Origin: Macrostomum lignano
Lineage: Eukaryota
DNA length: 64,000 nt
Assembly: GCA_002269645.1 (NCBI GenBank)
Contig: NIVC01001831.1
Coordinates: 62,001-126,000 of the forward strand
Reading direction: 5' to 3'
The notes below the pieces were generated by a model, which saw nothing but the letters and a program-made list of their open reading frames with translations, did no database searches and was not told the origin of the DNA. Numbering within the stretch: the first letter of the stretch is position 1; each line of letters opens with the position of its first letter. This document shows, piece by piece, positions 43,073 through 60,479 of the stretch. The translations under genes were made by a program, and so were the position numbers.

Positions 43073-44024
43073 GTAGTGTCTCAGTAGTATCTCAGTAGTG
43101 TCTCAGTAGTGTCTCAGTAGTATCTCAGTAGTGTCTCAGTAGTATCTCAGTAGTGTCTCAGTAGTGTCTCAGTAGTGTCTCAGTAGTATCTCAGTAGTGT
43201 CTCAGTAGTATCTCATTAGTGTCTCAGTAGTGTCTCAGTAGTATCTCAGTAGTGTCTCAGTAGTGTCTCAGTAGTATCTCAGTAGTATCTCAGTAGTGTC
43301 TCAGTAGTATCTCAGTAGTGTCTCAGTAGTATCTCAGTAGTGTCTCAGTAGTATCTCATTAGTGTCTCAGTAGTGTCTCAGCAGTGTCTCAGTAGTGTCT
43401 CAGTAGTGTCTCAGCAGTGTCTCAGTAGTGTCTCAGTAGTATCTCAGCAGTGTCTCAGTAGTGTCTCAGCAGTGTCCCAGTAGTGTCTCAGTAGTGTCTC
43501 AGTAGTGTCTCAGTAGTGTCTCAGTAGTATCTCAGCAGTGTCTCAGTAGTGTCTCAGTAGTACTCGTATCTCAGTAGTGTCTCAGTAGTGTCTCAGTAGT
43601 GTCTCAGCAGTGTCTCAGTAGTATCTCAGTAGTGTCTCAGTAGTATCTCAGTAGTGTCTCAGTAGTGTCTCAGTAGTACTCGTATCTCAGTAGTGTCTCA
43701 GTAGTGTCTCAGTAGTGTCTCAGTAGTATCTCAGTAGTGTCTCAGTAGTGTCTCAGTAGTGTCTCAGTAGTGTCTCAGTAGTGTCTCAGTAGTATCTCAG
43801 TAGTGTCTCAGTAGTGTCTCAGTAGTGTCTCAGTAGTGTCTCAGTAGTGTCTCAGTAGTACTCGTATCTCAGTAGTGTCTCAGTAGTGTCTCAGTAGTAT
43901 CTCAGTAGTGTCTCTGTAGTGTCTCAGCAGTGTCTCAGCAGTGTCTCAGTAGTGTCTCAGTAGTGTCTCAGTAGTATCTCAGTAGTGTCTCAGCAGTGTC
44001 TCAGTAGTGTCTCAGTAGTGTCTC
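43073..44024. repeat. 11-bp satellite (CTCAGTAGTGT)n, resuming after the solo LTR at 44325-44350
   Basis: About 85 units. Confidence 0.97.
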
Positions 44025-44324
44025 TGTGATTGTCTGAGCTGTGGATTCCTCCACAGCCTGGCCAGGGTCTACCGCTACCACTGACTAATGTTATTTTGCA
44101 CTCTGTTAGTTTCCCTCACTGACTGATCTTCTGCACACTCCCACCATTCGTACGAGTATGTTTCGCGCCACAGCACGCCTTTCTATGTTGGGGCCCAGGA
44201 GCCCCCAAATATATAGTCAAACCGGACGCCACGGTCCGGGCTCACTACACTTACTTCTGTCTGCCACTCGGGAGCCACTTCCCAGTGCAATAGCTATTAA
44301 AGACTTCGTTCTCAAGTCATTACA
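44025..44324 (+). mobile_element. 300-bp solo LTR inserted in the 11-bp satellite, 5-bp TSD GTCTC
   Basis: GTCTC|TGTGAT...ATTACA|GTCTC; internal TATATAG (~44210) and ATTAAA (~44296). Confidence 0.8.
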
Positions 44325-44764
44325 GTCTCAGTAGTGTCGCAGTAGTATCCATCGAAAAAATTCAAAACTTGAAATTCAACTTAAATGTAAGCAAGGCGTC
44401 GGTTTTGAGTGAAGGTCACGTGCTCTGTTTAAAAATCTTGATAAGACAGAATGCCGGTGGCAGAAATTTAATTTTGCCTGTCAGTCAGCCAGAAGCCAAG
44501 CCAGCTGACAGATCAGTAAAAGTGCAAGCAAATCGCATGAGTAAAATTCACAGGCTAAACTCAAGCTTCATCGTAGAAACAAATCGGACCTTCTGGTCAA
44601 CTTAGGAGGGCACAGAATTTAGCTCATTATATGCAATTTTCGCATAGCTAAGTACATTTGAAACGCGAGATTTTCACATCAGTAAATTTCACATGGAATA
44701 TCATCACCTACAGTGATTTCATTCAGGAACGTTCGATAGACAGAAATTACCGCAGAAACGAAAG

Positions 44765-44905
44765 CAATCATGGGTGCCAGCTGGGGACAGCACTCAGACA
44801 GCAATCATGGGTGCCAGCTGGTGACAGCACATTACTCAGACAGCAATCATGGGTGCCAGCTGGTGACAGCACTCAGACAGCAATCATGGATGCTAGCTGG
44901 TGACA
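44765..44905. repeat. ~37-bp imperfect repeat x~4 (CAATCATGGGTGCCAGCTGGTGACAGCACTCAGACAG)
   Basis: Directly visible. Confidence 0.85.
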
Positions 44906-45174
44906 GCACATTACTCAGAAGGCATTTGAACAGGGATTGAAAGACTGCGATGGAAGAAGGGATAAAATTGAATAAACATAGGCACAAAGTAGAGAAGCTT
45001 CATCTCGAATCCTGTTTATAAATTGTTTAAACAATTACATTCTGAATAGAAAAATATTGTGTGGAATTGTGCAAGATTGTGAAATATTGTACAAGCAGTC
45101 AGAATGGGACCGGCCAGTTCGCATCGCATTCGATATCAAAGAAGTGGGCACTTTCATGCGCTTGTGACAGACAC

Positions 45175-45835
45175 CTCAGATCACCTCAGCTCCTTCTCAA
45201 CTCAGCTCCCCTCAGATCCCCACAGCTCCCCTAAGCTCCTCTTCAGCTCCCCTCAGATCCCCTCAGCCCATCCTCAGATCCCCTCAGCCCATCCTCAGAT
45301 CCCCTCAGCCCATCCTCAGATCCCCTCAGCCCATCCTCAGATCCCCTCAGCAGCTCCTCCTCAGCTCCCCTCAGATCCCCTCAGATCCCCTCAGCCCATC
45401 CTCAGATCCCCTCAGCCCATCCTCAGATCCCCTCAGCCCATCCTCAGATCCCCTCAGCCCATCCTCAGATCCCCTCAGCCCATCCTCAGATCCCCTCAGC
45501 CCATCGTCAGATCCCCTCAGCAGCTCCTCCTCAGCTCCCCTCAGATCCCCTCAGATCCCCTCAGATCCCCTCAGCCCATCCTCAGATCCCCTCAGCCCAT
45601 CCTCAGATCCCCTCAGCCCATCCTCAGATCCCCTCAGCAGCTCCTCCTCAGCTCCCCTCAGATCCCCTCAGATCCCCTCAGCCCATCCTCAGATCCCCTC
45701 AGCCCATCCTCAGATCCCCTCAGCCCATCCTCAGCTCCCCTCAGCCCATCCTCAGATCCCCTCAGCTCCTCCTCACCTCAGCTCCCCTCAGCCCATCCTC
45801 AGCTCCCCTCAGCTCCTTTTCAGATCCCCTCAGCT
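45175..45835. repeat. 21-bp minisatellite (CTCAGATCCCCTCAGCCCATC)n immediately after the NRF-6-like stop codon
   Basis: Directly visible. Confidence 0.93.
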
Positions 45836-45838
45836 CAT

Positions 45839-51098
<5,260 letters not shown>

Positions 51099-51624
51099 GC
51101 TGCACTATACAGGAGGCTGGTATGTGAATCTAGCCGAACCAAAGCGATGCCAAATTGAAGTGAAAGTGACAGAATCGGTGGCGGTCCCGTCCCAGCTAAG
51201 ATATATCGCACCTGCCAGACCTTAAGACCTTATCTGCTAAGCAATTTTTCTATCGCTTATCAGCGCTGCAGCTTCAGCTAACAGGGCTGAGGTGGGGCTT
51301 GCGGCTACGAGTAACTGGGGCGGCTAAGGAGAGAGCAGAGAACACTGCGCTGCACTGCTGTCCAGTGGCAATGTACTATTGCACCAGTCCAATGTCTCAC
51401 TGGCTGACTCACCTCTCCCCCTCTTTCCCAGCTAGCGAATGCGTGCGCCAAATGACGCAGACAGACTCAAATGCAGCTGAGACAGAAGGCAGAATGAGCT
51501 GAGCTGCTCACAGCCGAAAGCTAGAGCTGCACACGTCACTGTTGGGTCGGTGAGCATATCTGCTGTAGTTTTATAGAACATTTTGCAGTGCTTCCAAGCT
51601 TTGCTGCAGCTAAGGCTGAGGGCC

Positions 51625-52211
51625 AGCTGGACACAAGCAATGCAGTCTGGACACAAGCAATGCAGTCTGGACACAAGCAATGCAGTGTCTGGACACAAGC
51701 AATGCAGTGTCTGGACACAAGCAATGCAGTGTCTGGACACAAGCAATGCAGTCTGGACACAAGCAATGCAGTGTGGACACAAGCAATGCAGTCTGGACAC
51801 AAGCAATGCAGTCTGGACACAAGTAATGCAGTGTCTGGACACAAGCAATGCAGTCTGGACACAAGCAATGCAGTGTCTGGACACAAGCAAATCAGTCTGG
51901 ACACAAGCAATGCAGTCTGGACACAAGCAATGCAGTGTCGGGACACAAGCAATGCAGTGTCTGGACACAAGCAATGCAGTCTGGACACAAGCAATGCAGT
52001 CTGGACACAAGCAATGCAGTCTGGACACAAGCAATGCAGTGTCTGGACACAAGCAATGCAGTGTGGACACAAGCAATGCAGTGTCTGGACACAAGCAATG
52101 CAGTCTGGACACAAGCAATGCAGTGTCTGGACACAAGCAATGCAGTGTCTGGACACAAGCAATGCAGTGTCTGGACACAAGCAATGCAGTCTGGACACAA
52201 GCAATGCAGTC
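51625..52211. repeat. 20/22-bp minisatellite (CTGGACACAAGCAATGCAGT[GT])n
   Basis: Directly visible. Confidence 0.96.
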
Positions 52212-52661
52212 TAATATAATAAACTAAAGCCAAGAAGCTGTTACTACTGTGGAGAATTCTATTAAAATGCTAGCCAGACAGACCTTCAGTGGTAAACAGA
52301 CAGAAGACATGGCACAAAATTTAATAATTAAAAAATTTCAGAATGGTAAAAAACTTTTTTATGCATCATTTATTATAAATGATTATTTCATGCAAGATTC
52401 AAAAACACATGCACGTTATCATACAACGTAAAAAGAAAAAAGGTACAGGCAAAAGTAAAAAAAACAAAAAAGAAGCTATTGGAAGATCAGGATTTGCAAT
52501 GCTCATCATTGCGTATTAGTGTTATTATATCTATAAAAATCACAAAAATCTGTCACAAAAATTTTCAAAAATATTACATCATTTAATATCCTCCGTGCGG
52601 CCAGTGGTTAAAATTGAGAAGAATATGTAAAGTAGGGTATTACAGTTGAAGAGAAATGTAC

Positions 52662-53532
52662 ATGTAGCTCAGGTAGGGACAATGGTAGCTCAGGTAGGGA
52701 CAATGGTAGCTCAGGTAGGGACAATGGTAGCTCAGGTAGGGACAATGGTAGCTCAGGTAGAGACAATGGTAGCTCAGGTAGGGACAATGGTAGCTCAGGT
52801 AGAGACAATGGTAGCTCAGGTAGGGACAATGGTAGCTCAGGTAGAGACAATGGTAGCTCAGGTAGGGACAATGGTAACTCAGGTAGAGACAATGGTAGCT
52901 CAGGTAGGGACAATGGTAGCTCAGGTAGGGACAATGGTAGCTCAGGTAGGGACAATGGTAGCTCAGGTAGAGACAATGGTAGCTCAGGTAGGGACAATGG
53001 TAGCTCAGGTAGAGACAATGGTAGCTCAGGTAGGGACAATGGTAGCTCAGGTAGGGACAATGGTAGCTCAGGTAGGGACAATGGTAGCTCAGGTAGGGAC
53101 AATGGTAGCTCAGGTAGAGACAATGGTAGCTCAGGTAGAGACAATGGTAGCTCAGGTAGAGACAATGGTAGCTCAGGTAGAGACAATGGTAGCTCAGGTA
53201 GAGACAATGTAGAGACAATAGTTTTATACATTAGAGACAATGGTAGCTCAGGTAGGGACAATGGTAGCTCAGGTAGGGACAATGGTAGCTCAGGTAGAGA
53301 CAATGGTAGCTCAGGTAGAGACAATGGTAGCTCAGGTAGGGACAATGGTAGCTCAGGTAGAGACAATGGTAGCTCAGGTAGAGACAATGGTAGCTCAGGT
53401 AGAGACAATGGTAGCTCAGGTAGAGACAATGGTAGCTCAGGTAGAGACAATGGTAGCTCAGGTAGAGACAATGGTAGCTCAGGTAGGGACAATGGTAGCT
53501 CAGGTAGGGACAATGGTAGCTCAGGTAGGGAC
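52662..53532. repeat. 21-bp minisatellite (GGTAGCTCAGGTAGRGACAAT)n
   Basis: About 40 units with one short interruption near 53210. Confidence 0.97.
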
Positions 53533-53664
53533 AAAAAGCGAGAACTGAAAATTTATTTTAAAACAGCTTCCAAAAGTGGCATTTATTGGTACTTGTATTG
53601 GCATTGGTATTGGCATTTACACTGCTGACAACAGAAAATGACGATTTTTACCCATTTTTCGGAT

Positions 53665-54170
53665 GGGGATGCGCGAATGATAGGATTCGTGAAGGGTGGG
53701 ATACGCGAATGATAGGAATCGTGAAGGGTGGGAAGCGTGAGTGATAGGATTCGTGAAGGATGGGATGCGTGAGTGATAGGATTCGTGAAGGATGGGATGC
53801 GTGAATGATAGGATTTGTGAAGGATGGGATGCGTGAGTGATAGGATTCGTGAAGGATGGGATGCGTGAGTGATAGGATTCGTGAAGGATGGGATGCGTGA
53901 GTGATAGGATTCGTGAAGGATGGGATGCGTGAGTGATAGGATTCGTGAAGGGTGGGATGCGCGAATGATAGGATTCGTGAAGGATGGGATGCATTGAACG
54001 ATAGGATTCGTGAAGGATGGGATGCGTGAGTGATAGGATTCGTGAAGGATGGGATGCATTGAACGATAGGATTCGTGAAGGATGGGATTCGTGAGTGATA
54101 GGATTTCTTGAAGGATGGGAAGCATTGAACGATAGGATTCGTGAAGGATGGGATGCATTGAACGATAGGA
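53665..54170. repeat. 32-bp minisatellite (GTGAAGGATGGGATGCGTGAGTGATAGGATTC)n
   Basis: About 16 units. Confidence 0.95.
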
Positions 54171-54265
54171 TGTGGGATAGATAGTAGCAAATACTAAAAT
54201 GCTCGGAGATAGAACGCATCACAAATTCGTACACTATCAGAGCCCTAGCTCGAGGCCCCCGGGCC

Positions 54266-56599
54266 TCAGACCTCAGCCGGGTCGTGGCACTGGCTGCAGT
54301 CGGCAGCCGCGGATCCGCCGGCTGCCAGCCGCTCCACCTGCACGGTGACCTCGTGCACCCGGAATCGGCGCCGTACAACTAAAGTGGCCGCCTGCAGAAC
54401 CCGCTGCGAGTCGGCGGTGTCCGCCACGGCCAGGTGGGCGCTGAGCGCCGTCCGGCTTACGGAGATGCTCCAAATGCGCAGGCTGTGGACGCGAACCACC
54501 CCTTCGACGGCGTTCAGCGCTGCGGTCACGGAGTCGAAGTCCAAGCCTCTGAAAAAAGGAATACGAAGCCTAGGACTCACTTCATTCACTCCATTGGCAC
54601 TTCAGTGATACAAGCGACACTTCAGCGAAACGTCAGTGACCACAGTGACACGTCAGTGACCTCAGTGACACGTCAGTGACCTCAGTGACACGTCAGTGAC
54701 CTCAGTGACACGTCAGTGACCCCAGTGACACGTCAGTGACCTCAGTGACACGTCAGTGACCTCAGTGACACACGGTCAGTGACCTCAGTGACACGTCAGT
54801 GACCCCAGTGACACGTCAGTGACCTCAGTGACACGTCAGTGACCACAGTTACACGCCAGTGACCCCAGTGACACATCAGTGACCTCAGTTTCACTTGCGT
54901 GATGCAAGCAATGTGGTGGCCCCAGCGACACATTTCAAACACTAAGGCGGCACAATACCTGGGCGCGGCCTCCATGAGAACCCGGAGCGCGTCCCTGATA
55001 ATAGCGAAGGTGGTGATGAGCACCAGCACGGAGAACAGGAAGGTGCAGATGGGATCGGCGACGCGCCAGTCGGGCCGGTAATAAATCAGGTAGGCCGCGC
55101 ACAGCACGCCAAGGCTCTGCAGCAGGTCGCCGATCACGTGGATGAAAGCGGCGCGAACGTTGATGTTCTGCTCGGCTGGAGCGTCGGCGCTTTCGGCCTC
55201 GTGCGAGTGCGAGTGCGGGTGCAGCGTGAAGGCCATGAGGATGTTCACCGCCACGCCAACGGCGCTGGTGATCAACATGACGCGGCCGTCAACATCAAAG
55301 CTGCCGGTGCGGACACGCTCAATGGCGAGGAAAACCAGGATCTGGCGGGGCAGCAGGGGCGCGGGTGGGATATCATATCAATTGTAGAATGGGATCTGAG
55401 CAGTGTGGGATCTGTGCAGTGTGGGATCTGTGCAGTGTGGGATCTGTGCAATATGGGATCTGAGCAGTGTGGGATCTGTGCAGTGTGGGATCTGTGCAGT
55501 GTGGGATCTGTGCAATATGGGATCTGAGCAGTGTGGGATCTGTGCAGTGTGGGATCTGTGCAGTGTGGGATCTGTGTAGTGTGGGATCTGTGCAGTGTGG
55601 GATCTGTGCAGTGTGGGATCTGTGCAGTGTGGGATCTGTGCAATATGGGATCTGAGCAGTGTGGGATCTGTGCAGTGTGGGATCTGTGCAGTGTGGGATC
55701 CGTGCAGTGTGGGATCTGTGCAGTGTGGGATCTGTGTAGTGTGGGATCCGTGCAGTGTTGGATCTGTGTAGTGTTGGATCTGTGCAGTGTGGGATCTGTG
55801 CAGTGTGGGATCTGTGCAGTGTGGGATCCGTGCAGTGTGGGATCTGTGCAGTGTGGGACCTGTGCAGTGTGGGATCTGAGCAATATGGGATTTGAGCAGT
55901 GTAGGATCTGTGCAGTGTGGGATCCGTGCAGTGTGGGATCTGTGTAGTGTGGGATCTGTGCAGTGTGGGACCATAGTATAGAAGATTTTTGTAGATGCGA
56001 TTATCACAGAATAATATTGGGGTGGGATCTTTGCTAGGATGGGATCCTTGTAGCTGTCAAGATTCTTATACTACACTAACTACAGAGCAAGATCGGATCC
56101 ATGCAGAATGGACTCTATGCCAATAAAAGCATCTTTCAGCTTGAGATCAGCAAGAACAACAGTGAGGGAAGCAGATTTTAGCAGACAAGCGCACCCCAGT
56201 AACAAGCCAGATGAGCAGCACGGACACCAGGGCTCCGAGCACCTCAGCCCGGTGCCAGCCGAAGCTGTACGTCTTGCTGGGCCGTCGGCCAGCCAGGAAA
56301 ATGGCCAGCAGGCTGATCATGAAGCTGGCAAAGTCTGTCAGCAGGTGCGCCGCGTCAGTCATGATGGCGAGGCTGTTGGCAAGGGCGCCGCCGACGATCT
56401 CGCCGGCCATGAACAGCAAGCAGAGCACGGAGGCCAGCAGCAGGCGGCGCTGGGCTGAGCGCTGCTCGGCAGCCACCGTGGCGTCAAATTCAAGTTCGTG
56501 GCAGTGGCTGTCGGGGTCGTTCTCGGCAGCCGCCACCGCCGAGGACTCCTGCTGAAGGAGCGGCGAGACGTCGCTTAATGAGGAGCCGGCGCGATTCGC
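54266..56599 (-). CDS. Zinc transporter, SLC30/ZnT (CDF family, ZnT2/3/4/8-like); 5' coding exon not identified
   Basis: Exons 56195-~56599 (alternative acceptor 56618), 54959-55341, 54266-54548, phases 0,2. FMAGEIVGGALANSLAIMTDAAHLLTD, YSFGWHRAEVLGAL, His loop HPHSHSH, NVRAAFIHVIGDLLQS, ADPICT, VHSLRIWS, HEVTVQVE. Confidence 0.92.
54625..54885. repeat. 20-bp repeat (CAGTGACACGTCAGTGACCT)n, ZnT intron
   Basis: Directly visible. Confidence 0.94.
55390..55970. repeat. 16-bp repeat (CAGTGTGGGATCTGTG)n, ZnT intron
   Basis: Directly visible. Confidence 0.95.
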
Positions 56600-56689
56600 C
56601 TGGAGCAGGTCGGTTGCACTGATTGAGCACACAAGCCGCTCTTTGCCCCTGCATGCTCTCCGCCTAGTAATACCAGCTCTCCCCCCCCC

Positions 56690-57550
56690 ACTCTGACCCC
56701 TCCTACCCCCCATTGACCCCTCAGACTTCCATTCTGACCCCTCCACCCCCACTGACCCTCTATCCACTGACTCTGACACCCCTCTGTCACTGACCCTGAG
56801 ACCCTGACCTCTCTGTCCAATGACCCTGACCTCTTTGTCCACTGACTTAGACCCCTCTGTCACTGACCCTGAGACCCTGACCTCTCTGTCCAATGACCCT
56901 GACCTCTTTGTCCACTGACTCTGACCCCTCTGTCACTGACCCTGAGACCCTGACCACTCTGTCCACTGACCCTGACCCCTCTGTCCACTGAATCTGATCC
57001 TTATGTCCACTGAATCTGATCCCTATGTCCACTGAATCTGATCCCTATGTCCACTGAATCTGACCCCTCTGTCCACTGAATCTGATCCCTATGTCCACTG
57101 AATCTGACCCCTCTGTCCACTGAATCTGATCCTTATGTCCACTGACTCTGACCCCTCTGTCACTGACCCTGACCTTTTTATCCACTGAATCTGACCCCAC
57201 TGTCCTTCGACTCTGACCCCTCTGTCCACTGAATCTGATCCTTATGTCCACTGAATCTGATCCTTATGTCCACTGAATCTGACCCCTCTGTCCACTGAAT
57301 CTGATCCTTATGTCCACTGAATCTGACCTCTCTTAACCATATAACTGAATCTGATCCTTATGTCCACTGAATCTGACCCCTCTGTCCACTGAATCTGATC
57401 CTTATGTCCACTGAATCTGACCTCTCTATCCACTGACCCTGACCCCTCTGTCCAATGACCTTGACCTCTTTGTCCACTGAATCTGACCCCACTGTCCATC
57501 AAATCTGGCCCCTTTGTCCACTGAATTTGATCATTCTGTCCACTGACTCT
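56690..57550. repeat. Degenerate ~22-bp repeat (CTGACCCCTCTGTCCACTGAAT)n upstream of the first visible ZnT exon
   Basis: Directly visible. Confidence 0.9.
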
Positions 57551-60479
57551 GACCTTTCTGCAACCCCACTTTGATATTTTAATATTTTAATTGTTTATCT
57601 TTGACTAACTTTGATTACTTTGTCAAAAATAATTTAGATGTTCTTGTTCCCCTTTTTAGCCTTAGCCTCTGTGTTTCTATCCTTTAAAGAAACTATTTTC
57701 CAATACAATATTTTTTATATAGAAAATGTTCATCTATCCAACAATTGATTAATTAAATATTGATAAAATGGACACATTGCATATTTTTGAATTATGAAAT
57801 ATACCAAAAATAGGCAATGTACAAAAGTTACTATATTTTATTTAGAACTTAATTAAAATATTAAATATTTTTCTATGACTATTGCCGAGTATTGGCTTTT
57901 TGTTAGCCCAATGCTTTATTACAATTGTTTAATAATAATTATGGTAATAATAACTGTAATAACAATAAAAAATAATAGTAATAATAATAATAAATATAAT
58001 GTTCAAGAACTTTCTGTGGCTATGTTTTGTACTTTTATATCTTGTATAAATAGTTGATTTTAAAATGCAGATTTTATATTTTTAAAAAGAGCTATGATGA
58101 AGCATGCTTTATTAAGAAAAGAGAGACAAATTGGAATAATATATTTAAATAGTTTATGCATATGCATGTTTAGTTTTGTGTTCATATATTTTATTATAAA
58201 CAAAGAGTATTACAATACTAAAAGGAGACTAAATAAAAGCTTAGAAAAATATCGTAACCCCCAAAAAAATCGCACCCAAAACTCCAAGTTTTTTTTACAA
58301 CACAATTAACTTGTCGGTCTTAACTTAACTTCAACATGCCTTTGTTTGGTTAAAAAAGTTACTTTGAATACTATTGACAAACTGCTATGTTCCATATAAT
58401 AGTTCGGTACTGTTCTGTCGTTAATTGTTTGTTAAAATATAAAATTCATTACGTAGTTATCGTGACTTAAATTATTGTAACTCTTGCGGTAGCAAAATTG
58501 CCTATTTTTGCATTCTTAGTAAATAAGGATTGTGCTTTAGAGAGTACAGCTGTACTAAATTTAAATTTCCTTGTCGAGACTTTCGGTTTAGTTTTGAAAA
58601 TCAAAGGCCTTGACACATGAGGCATTTAATCAAAGGCCTGAGATATGTTCACCTCAGGACAACAAAGGTAAACATACATGTAGATTGGTTGTGGCGGAAT
58701 GGCCAAGATCCCACAAATGAGGTTAGTGACCTAGGGGTTTCTGTTAGTTAATTAATTTTGCACCCAAAACTACTATTAACGAAACCGTTGAGTCCCGCTA
58801 TTGACGAAGATTTGAAGATTTAATCAATGAGTTTTTGGAAAAAGCCGACGATGAGGCGTCTATAAGGAACGGTCTATATTTAATGCTGAGAGCAAGAACC
58901 TATGCTTAGGGGCCGTAAAGAGTAAAGTGAAGGTGACGCTCTAATTTTTTTATAGCTCGATCCTTTGGGTCCTTTGATGAGCTACGGTAAGGTACTAAGT
59001 AATGCTAATGTCTTCTGATGCCCTGTAATTCGATCGAGTTATTTAGTAATTAAAAGCATGAATATTTATTAACAGTCAATAATTTAAATCCATGGCAGCT
59101 TCAATTCTCTCGGCAGCTTCAATTCCCTCGGCAATTCTTCAGAATCTGAATGCATGTACCTATAAACTCTCTTGCCATTAGACTTGACCATTGCCCAGCA
59201 GATTATACTGAAGTGTGAACAATGAGAAGCATGAGAAAAAATATTAAGAATGAACTAAACTGTGCACGTGATCATTGAGAAATTTTTTAAAGACTGAGTT
59301 GGGGATCGTCGTAGTCAAAATGATGCACGGTCAAATTAAAATGGTACTCGTATTTTTGTGCTCTGAAATATTGAATAGCTCTGTAGACAGTTCGTGGACC
59401 ACGCTCGAATGAATGCTCAGTACAAGTGTCTGCATTCCATTAAAAAATCGGTGCATTTTTTTTATTTCACAGTCAATCGTAAAATTTATGTAACTAATTA
59501 ATAGAATGCGGTGTTGTAGCGTAATTATGCGTGGAGTTGCTACAGATGTTTCTGTACCATTTGAAAATCAAGCGTGACAATTATAGCGCTATAAGGTGAT
59601 GTGTAATGTAGGCTGGGATTGCCATTGTATAAGTGCTAGCAGTGGGATTACCTGAAGTGCCGAGGTGCTTATACAAGGTTGATATATAAACACTACAATT
59701 AAGCATTGAATCAAAAAATGTTTTTAAAGACAAGCAACAGCAATCTGCAAATTCAAGATTTCATGCATTGAATGAAGTTTGGGTTGCATAAAATTTTCAG
59801 AAGCGCGGCTCGATCAGTCTGTAAAGCCGCGCTGTCGGTTGTACGTTTCGAATAAAAGTCATTTGCATGTACGTTCGCATAAAAAATTGTTTAATTTTAT
59901 CTACCAGAGTGCATTGAACGCAATGGATTGGACAGGGTGGTGCTAATTGCCAAATTGAAATTGCAAAGCATTTTAACTATGATTTTATCAGTTCAAGCAG
60001 GTCAGGCAGCGTACATGTAGGTAGCATTTCGTATCTACGTATCTTAATTCTTACATCTCTCTTCATTCCTTCAGCTTTCGAACTTCTATTTTGTTCATTC
60101 GCACAACTTATGACGGAAAGGTGGTGGTATTTGTTTTTTAATTTTTCTATAAACTGAGTTGACAAAAGCCCGTATAGCAATCCGACGTCTCCGACATTCA
60201 ATTCTGACGTTTATCGGCGTCGCTGGCAAACAGCTGCACATTTAAATTACACCGACTTTCAGCCGGCGTACGACATCATTAAACTGTTGGCGCAATGTTA
60301 AAACATCAATTTGCCAGCGAAGTTCACCGAGTTCGGGTACGTCGAATTGTCGGCGAACGTCGGGAATGTTGCGCGGGCAGATTGCTGGGTTGCCTGATCT
60401 ATCGTAACTCTTTAAAAAGCAAGCACTTTCTAACTCCAGACAGGCCACACTGTTGATAAAAATCTGGCAAAAGTAAAAA

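Noticed and set aside
57553-58374. 274-codon frame free of TGA but with 23 TAA/TAG codons, suggesting a ciliate-type genetic code
   Set aside because: The translation has no recognisable domain, and a TGA-free run of this length in one of six frames is plausible by chance in G-poor DNA.
58310-58520. Weak resemblance to mitochondrial 16S motifs (CGGTCTTAACT, GGTAGCAAAAT)
   Set aside because: The matches are short, on inconsistent strands, and lack the surrounding conserved core, so rRNA cannot be supported.
58685-58745. tRNA or SINE A-box (TGGCGGAATGG)
   Set aside because: No B-box and no cloverleaf.
58970-59025. Possible box C/D snoRNA (TGATGA...CTGA with a short terminal stem)
   Set aside because: The boxes are only about 45 nt apart, there are no C'/D' boxes, and no guide target was identified.
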